A stretch of DNA of 64,000 nt from an archaeon (lineage in GTDB: Archaea; Nanobdellota; Nanobdellia; Woesearchaeales; GW2011-AR9), in contig JABHSG010000003.1 in the NCBI GenBank assembly GCA_018697095.1, positions 86,895 to 150,894 of the forward strand. Direction: 5' to 3'. Shown here piece by piece: positions 58,473 through 64,000 of this stretch. The translations under genes were made by a program, and so were the position numbers. Every line of letters begins with the position of its first letter. Position 1 is the stretch's first letter. A model generated the notes under the pieces. That model was not told the DNA's origin, ran no database searches, and was given only the letters and a program-made list of their open reading frames with translations.

Positions 58473-59375
58473 ATCAAGTAGCAAATAGTAAACACTTCCA
58501 GAACAAAGTTGTATCATTCTTGCAACATATTGGATTTTTGATAGTAGTGGCGACCCTTTTGTTTTAGAAGCAATTAGCGCATCTGCTTCCTCAAACACTA
58601 AAGTTTTTTTCAAAGAATTAATCTTTGAAATGGCGCCAACATCTTTTTTGTAAAGGGCATCAGAAAGTAAATCAAAATAATTACCTACTTTTTCAAGATA
58701 TTTTTGCGCATCTACTCTAGTTGTACGAGGAACATGTTCATTTTTCATATAATCATGCAAGTAGTATTGCCCATGTCCAATTGCCATCAAATAAGTTAAA
58801 AGCTCCCAATAGATTTGTGGCATTTCTAATTGTACTAATTTTCTTGATAAAGAACGTTTAAGAAAATAACAAATTCTATCTAACTGCAAACGTAAATCAT
58901 CTAAATCTTCTTCTAATTTATCACGAATTAGTTCTTGACTATTTCTCTCATGCATCTCTTTAAGAATAAAAAAAACTCGGCGTAGCATTATTTCAAATTT
59001 TTGCTCACTTGGCTCACTTAAATTTTCAAGAACTATTTTTTTACTACCTTTACTTGTTATTTCAAATCCCATCAAGAGTGGAAGAACTTTAGAATTAACT
59101 ATACGTAAAATTTTAGAACTCCCTTTAACTATGATTTTCCCATAACCTAAACGATAGATGTGGGTAATTGAGGCAGACACTTGTGCCATCTCAGAATCTT
59201 TGAAGGACAATACAATCTCTTTTTCGTCTTTTACAAAAGAGCTAACAACTAAGTTATTGCCAATCTCTTCAATTTCAATCTCATCGCCAGCACCAAGGCC
59301 CCTAGAATCAACCCATTTCTTTGGCACATAAAAAGTAAAGCCACCAGCTCCTTGAGCAATAAGTTTTCGTTTCAT
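58461..59375 (-). CDS. AbrB/MazE DNA-binding plus PhoU-like regulator
   Basis: MKRKLIAQG..FTFYVPKKWV...GDEI AbrB N-terminus, LMGFEI, helical PhoU-like C-terminus. Confidence 0.85.
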   Translation of the reverse strand: MKRKLIAQGAGGFTFYVPKKWVDSRGLGAGDEIEIEEIGNNLVVSSFVKDEKEIVLSFKDSEMAQVSASITHIYRLGYGKIIVKGSSKILRIVNSKVLPLLMGFEITSKGSKKIVLENLSEPSEQKFEIMLRRVFFILKEMHERNSQELIRDKLEEDLDDLRLQLDRICYFLKRSLSRKLVQLEMPQIYWELLTYLMAIGHGQYYLHDYMKNEHVPRTTRVDAQKYLEKVGNYFDLLSDALYKKDVGAISKINSLKKTLVFEEADALIASKTKGSPLLSKIQYVARMIQLCSGSVYYLLLDLKK

Positions 59376-59415
59376 CAAATTCTTCAAAACAATCCTCATT
59401 TAACTACTTTTGCCA

Positions 59416-59438
59416 AATTGATATCATTGATATCAATT
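59416..59438. promoter_or_regulatory. 23-bp palindromic operator candidate
   Basis: AATTGATATCA-T-TGATATCAATT, perfect 11-bp arms, in a divergent intergenic region. Confidence 0.7.
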
Positions 59439-59532
59439 AATTTCTAAAGCAAACAAGTCAAACTGATGATATTAGGTGGTTCTGATAGTGTTTTGAATAG
59501 ATAACACAACAATACAATAGCGAGATGATATT

Positions 59533-60045
59533 ATGACAGAAAAAACCCCATACCAATTTGCAGCAGCAGGCTTAGGCACAGTTGCAGTATCATATTTTGA
59601 ATTAGATCAAAGAGCATCTAAATTAGGCGCAACACCACAAATTATGCAAGATTATGCTGTTTCATTAACAAGAGATTCTTTTGCAGCAGTTAGAGGATTA
59701 ACTGGAACAAATACTAATGGATTTTTGAAAGGGATCACTAGGCGAAATGGCCCTCTCTCAAAAGCACTAAGTGATGGGAAAAATACAGCTGATGGTTTAG
59801 GGTCCAAACTACGTGAATACATTGGCTCACATGAAGTAGCATTGAGTACATACTTGATAGCAGTAAATGAAGCAGAATCAGATCCTGAGGTCCAAAAAAA
59901 ACTAGATCCTCATATTGAACAATTAACACGTATCGCTACACGTAGAGAAGTCTATGTTGCTGCAGTTCTAACGCACCTTGGGAATCCAAGAGAAACTGAT
60001 GAGTCGATGTTAAACAATTTAGGATTAGAACATTTACTGAGGTAA
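59533..60045 (+). CDS. hypothetical protein
   Basis: 170 aa ORF, first gene of a tight co-directional cluster. Confidence 0.65.
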   Translation: MTEKTPYQFAAAGLGTVAVSYFELDQRASKLGATPQIMQDYAVSLTRDSFAAVRGLTGTNTNGFLKGITRRNGPLSKALSDGKNTADGLGSKLREYIGSHEVALSTYLIAVNEAESDPEVQKKLDPHIEQLTRIATRREVYVAAVLTHLGNPRETDESMLNNLGLEHLLR

Positions 60046-60048
60046 AAA

Positions 60049-60654
60049 ATGAAATATAAACAAAATATCGCAGCAGTAGCTTTGTTACTAGTGGCGCCAT
60101 TTGTAACGCCTGGTTGCAGCATGTACCAAAATGAAAATCCACTCGATAAAGAAGTTGCAAGATTATCAAATAATATTGCGGATTTTGTGCAAGAAAATCA
60201 CCCTCGAGATAGTCGTACAACAAACATTGACTATTCTGCGTTTGTTGGTGTAATTGATGGGTCTTGCGTCACAATTGGGGTTGAAGAACATGGTCAAGGA
60301 AATTACATTGCACCACGCGGAGCACCAATTAGGGTGTTAGATATCTACAACTCAAATACTATTTTTGAATCATATTCTGCAACTCACATTCATGCATCTG
60401 CTGCAAACAGTAATTGTCCAAATGAAGGTCCTCTTTCTGGAATGGTTTATATGACAGACGCAGGAGCAGATGGATTCAATGGTGCAACAAATGAAAATGA
60501 ATATGGAATAACTGATTTAGAATATATCTATGCACAAGACCCAGATACTGGTTATCTTACAGGGGCTGGCGGAAGAACAGTAACAGAAGCGCAGCAAGCT
60601 AACGATTTGGCACTTCCACACCTAAAAGTAATTTGGGATGAATTACAAAAATGA
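60049..60654 (+). CDS. putative lipoprotein
   Basis: GAGGT SD; signal peptide ending TPGC. Confidence 0.65.
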   Translation: MKYKQNIAAVALLLVAPFVTPGCSMYQNENPLDKEVARLSNNIADFVQENHPRDSRTTNIDYSAFVGVIDGSCVTIGVEEHGQGNYIAPRGAPIRVLDIYNSNTIFESYSATHIHASAANSNCPNEGPLSGMVYMTDAGADGFNGATNENEYGITDLEYIYAQDPDTGYLTGAGGRTVTEAQQANDLALPHLKVIWDELQK

Positions 60655-61446
60655 CCCAACATCCTCACGTAGAATATCTACAAACACTTGCAGAACAAAT
60701 CAGATCTGAATCACTAAACTCAGATGGTTCAGTTAACTTAGGTGGACCTCTATCTTGGGCGCACCTTCCTTTTCTTGAAGCGCGCAAAGCAACTGATCCA
60801 AATATTGCAACCGATGCAATTGCAAAACCTCTTGATTGGCAAGTAGAAGACCCAATGCATCCTTTATTGTATGGTGAAGAATACAATAGAAGGGGGACAG
60901 GATATGACTCTGGTTGTTATGCTAGTGTCAATTTTTTTTTTACCACAATTTGCAAGATATGCTCTTCTTGGACAAGAAGCCGATTTTTTACTTGAAAGAT
61001 ATTCTCAAGGGCTAATCAAGGTACAAAATGATGATGATCTAAAGCATGGTTACCCTAAATTAATCAGTCATAATAGAGTAAGAGAAGTAAGTTTAAGGAG
61101 TGGTCGCTTTGGGTATGACTTTCGATCATTTGTACACCATAATGATGATCTAGATAAATTACCTCCATCCGTTGCTGCAGTGACAGCAGCATTTTTTTAT
61201 GAGCCATATTATCCTGGTGGTCCCTTCGAGTTTTTAGTAAAAGGATCCGAAGATGCAGCGAAAGCTCTACAAGAAGCAGATTTTCTAAAACCACAAGACA
61301 AAGAAAATTTAGCTAAAAGTAAGAAGTGGGTAATAGCTTCTAGAGGCTCTTATCCAGTTATCACAACTCTTGGAGCACTCGCATACATGGTTATTAGAGA
61401 TACGCCCAGAGGAAAAGCATTCATGCAATTACATGGATTGAATTAG
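60651..61446 (+). pseudogene. hypothetical gene split by a frameshift in a T10 tract
   Basis: ORFs 60651-60995 and 60871-61446 join in frame if T10 at 60932-60941 is T9. Confidence 0.65.
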
Positions 61447-61462
61447 TTGATGCTAAATTAAC

Positions 61463-62788
61463 ATGAACAAAACAACAAAAGATTGGTTAAGTAGAGCAAG
61501 TGTAATAACGTTCTTTTCTATGGGACTTTGCGTAGGATCTGGAATTACTCCCAAGGAATTAGCGCACGGGTTATATCATCTTGCTGAGCAAAAAGTAAAT
61601 GATCTTACTACAGTAGATTCAAAGTATACTGCATCTGATTTAGAGAAAATAGTGAGTATAAATTTTCCTAAAAAAGACATTATTCATATAGCTCCAAATT
61701 CAAATTTAGGTGGGATGGTACAAACAGATACTGTATATTTCACATCATCTTATGGTGACTTCACAGCATACCATTCTATTGAACAGTTAACAGAAGTTTT
61801 TGAAGATGGAAAAAATAAAACAGATTTAACTATACACACAAGTATCCCATATTTAGAAGTCACGACAAACGGTTCCTCGGGTGAACTGCCTATACATATT
61901 CAAAATACGTGGAACTATAACCATGTTGTTAATCAAAGCGCAGGTTGCATTGGTGTAAATATGAAAGAATTAGAGGCTTCAAAAATAAAAGATATTATTA
62001 TCGATTGCTCAAAAGTGGACAGTTCAATTGTTGACTCTATCAAAGAAGTGGATGATGAAATTAACTCATGGTTTTATACTGAAATTTCTGCGTTTTCAAC
62101 ATGTTCTATCCCACCTCAACAAACTGAAGAATCTAGATTTTATCTTCCTCTGTTTTCAGATAATATAGATGTAACTCCAACTAATTTAGAATATGAGCCT
62201 TGGTTAAATTCTTTAAAACAATTTCAAAGAATCTCACGTTCTGGTATATCTGATGAATTGAGATTATTCTTTGATCAATATGATAATCAAATTCAGAGTG
62301 GATTCACAAATAGCATAGTTGCAATGAATCCCATATTTAAAGAAACAAAAGATGGTACACCTTATGTCCGCTATGATTTGGAATCAACAAGTTCGGGCTT
62401 AGCTGGCCACATGGAAATTAGTGAAGACGTTTTCATTATTGGCCTTAGTATGGGTGCAATAGAAGTGATTTCAAATTACCCTTATGCTAGCAATATAAAT
62501 ATATTTGATATCGTTTTAAAAAGAGATGTTCATGGTGTGACAAACGAACAACTAAAGTCAATGTTAGAAGAAAGCAGCACAAAAATAAACGAGCACTATG
62601 AAAACGTAGCAATATTTCAAGAGGTAGATGATGCCTGTGAATTAACTACCCCACTATATGGAGGGACAACATATGGTTTAGAAAACGGGTCTGAAGTTAT
62701 CTTCTGGCGTCCACATTATACTCATGAATTCAGTACAGTTCCAGGATATACTCAAAGAATCAGTATTGGGTCTCAAGGTGTCGACTAA
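61463..62788 (+). CDS. membrane-anchored/secreted acidic hypothetical protein
   Basis: N-terminal hydrophobic helix; 441 aa; stop abuts the convergent EVE gene. Confidence 0.65.
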   Translation: MNKTTKDWLSRASVITFFSMGLCVGSGITPKELAHGLYHLAEQKVNDLTTVDSKYTASDLEKIVSINFPKKDIIHIAPNSNLGGMVQTDTVYFTSSYGDFTAYHSIEQLTEVFEDGKNKTDLTIHTSIPYLEVTTNGSSGELPIHIQNTWNYNHVVNQSAGCIGVNMKELEASKIKDIIIDCSKVDSSIVDSIKEVDDEINSWFYTEISAFSTCSIPPQQTEESRFYLPLFSDNIDVTPTNLEYEPWLNSLKQFQRISRSGISDELRLFFDQYDNQIQSGFTNSIVAMNPIFKETKDGTPYVRYDLESTSSGLAGHMEISEDVFIIGLSMGAIEVISNYPYASNINIFDIVLKRDVHGVTNEQLKSMLEESSTKINEHYENVAIFQEVDDACELTTPLYGGTTYGLENGSEVIFWRPHYTHEFSTVPGYTQRISIGSQGVD

Positions 62789-63247
62789 TTACTCTTTTCC
62801 CATCAGTAATACTTCTTCGAACTCTTCTTTACTTACTGGCATTACAGATAATCTGCAACCTTTCTGCACAAGTTTCATCTCAGCTAACTTCGCATTCTCT
62901 TTCATTTCTTGCAAGCTTACCAATCGATCAAACTTAGAAACAAATTCTATGTCAACCACAGTCCATCTAGGTTTTTCAAAACTGGCTTTCGGATCAAAAT
63001 ATTTAGATTCAGGATTAAACTGTTCTGGGTCAGGCCACGCTTCTTTTACAATTTTGCATTCTCCAACAGCCCCAGGAGGTTTTGCATTGCTGTGATAAAA
63101 TAACACTCTATCGCCAACAGTGCAAGCGCGCATAAAGTTTCGTGCTTGATAATTACGGATACCTTCCCAATAAATAGCATTGTCACGTTTCATATCATCA
63201 ATAGAATAAACACTAGGTTCTGATTTGAATAACCAATAATTTACCAC
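62789..63247 (-). CDS. EVE-domain protein
   Basis: YWLFKSEP, WEGIRNYQARNFM, FYHS, RLSVMPV. Confidence 0.94.
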   Translation of the reverse strand: MVNYWLFKSEPSVYSIDDMKRDNAIYWEGIRNYQARNFMRACTVGDRVLFYHSNAKPPGAVGECKIVKEAWPDPEQFNPESKYFDPKASFEKPRWTVVDIEFVSKFDRLVSLQEMKENAKLAEMKLVQKGCRLSVMPVSKEEFEEVLLMGKE

Positions 63248-63261
63248 TAGAAATTAAGCAT

Positions 63262-64000
63262 TCAATAATTCTTAAGTATTTCTAAAATATCGCAGCTACT
63301 AAGCTTACTATAAAATCCCATTCGCGAAAAAGAACATCTAACACCTTTAACCTTAGCCAAGAATTCATCGAACTTTGGAACTTCTTTAAGTTTAAGATAA
63401 CTTGCCAAGATATGCATGTCATAAAATCCAACTTTTCTGTCAGTACCAATATTTCTCTCCTCAAATTCAGCTTCACGTTCCAACCCTTCAAAGAATTCTT
63501 TTTCCAATTCAAACATATCCTTATGCGAAATCATTCTAAGTAAATCCAAATTACAAAGTTCCCCTGACCATAACGGGCCAGCAACTTGCACTCCAGGGCG
63601 AACTTTAGCTTCTTCAGTTCTACGGTCACCATCTATCCAAACAGTGTCATAACTTACTTTGAAATCTATGCCTTTTTTATCATATAAGAAATATTTGTGC
63701 TGTTTCAAAACTTGGTCGCACGCAGTTTTAGTATTTTTATTAACAAAAAAAACGCGATAGTAATGTCCCTTATGATATGACAAGATTGGAATTAGGGCTT
63801 TGTCAAACTGCGCTCCAAGTAGCTGCACTTTACGAATTAAAATTCTAAGGCCAACATTATGCTTCATGTAATTATACATACTTGAAGACCAATATTTTCT
63901 ACGTGTAACAGATTTGTAAGTTCCAGTAAAAGCCGCAGTGTCTGTGGCAGTAATAGCAAGTACTCCTCCGCGTGTCAATCTAGCAATTGAAGAAGCAAGA
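63262..64000 (-). CDS. trm1: tRNA (guanine-26-N2)-dimethyltransferase Trm1, C-terminal part
   Basis: LAITATDTA, VGLRILI, HYYRVF, GPLWSG; continues past the window edge. Confidence 0.88.
   Translation of the reverse strand, partial: LASSIARLTRGGVLAITATDTAAFTGTYKSVTRRKYWSSSMYNYMKHNVGLRILIRKVQLLGAQFDKALIPILSYHKGHYYRVFFVNKNTKTACDQVLKQHKYFLYDKKGIDFKVSYDTVWIDGDRRTEEAKVRPGVQVAGPLWSGELCNLDLLRMISHKDMFELEKEFFEGLEREAEFEERNIGTDRKVGFYDMHILASYLKLKEVPKFDEFLAKVKGVRCSFSRMGFYSKLSSCDILEILKNY

Noticed and set aside
59462..59500. TGATGA-12 nt-CTGA resembling a box C/D sRNA
   Set aside because: No second C'/D pair; the TGATAT core is better explained as an operator-like repeat
1..64000. CRISPR arrays, rRNA genes, IS transposases, integrases, inteins in AtpA/GyrA/DP2
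   Set aside because: No regularly spaced repeats, long GC-rich RNA genes, DDE/tyrosine recombinase motifs or in-frame insertions seen; short or degenerate cases could be missed by eye

Overview
AT-rich, gene-dense archaeal chromosome segment. Gene content (PolD large subunit, PCNA, TFE, Hjc, prefoldin beta, Rpo12, L37Ae, EF-1beta, archaeal TyrRS, A-type ATPase, plus GyrA and many orphan secreted proteins) best fits a DPANN archaeon, probably Woesearchaeota-like; this lineage call is inference. The window is mostly housekeeping, including a complete ATP synthase operon (H-I-K-E-C-F-A-B-D) whose c subunit has a Na+-type signature. Features missing from the ORF track but readable in the sequence: tRNA-Leu(CAA), tRNA-Pro(TGG), a two-intron tRNA-Trp(CCA), rpoP and a small Zn-finger gene before EF-1beta. 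The most interesting locus is 50091-50873. There a free-standing two-motif LAGLIDADG endonuclease gene reads antisense into the 3' exon of tRNA-Trp and stops 1 nt from the junction of a non-canonical, palindromic 53/54 T-arm intron with a well-formed bulge-helix-bulge, suggesting an endonuclease/mini-intron co-homing unit. Other leads: a three-gene helical-hairpin cluster with ESCRT-III/PspA-like terminal features, an ADP-ribosyltransferase-like gene next to tRNA-Leu, a hairpin array between atpK and atpE, a DsbA plus membrane CxxC pair, an H1-like tail on TFE, a 23-bp operator palindrome and a poly-T frameshift in an accessory operon. All calls come from reading motifs by eye; no searches were run.
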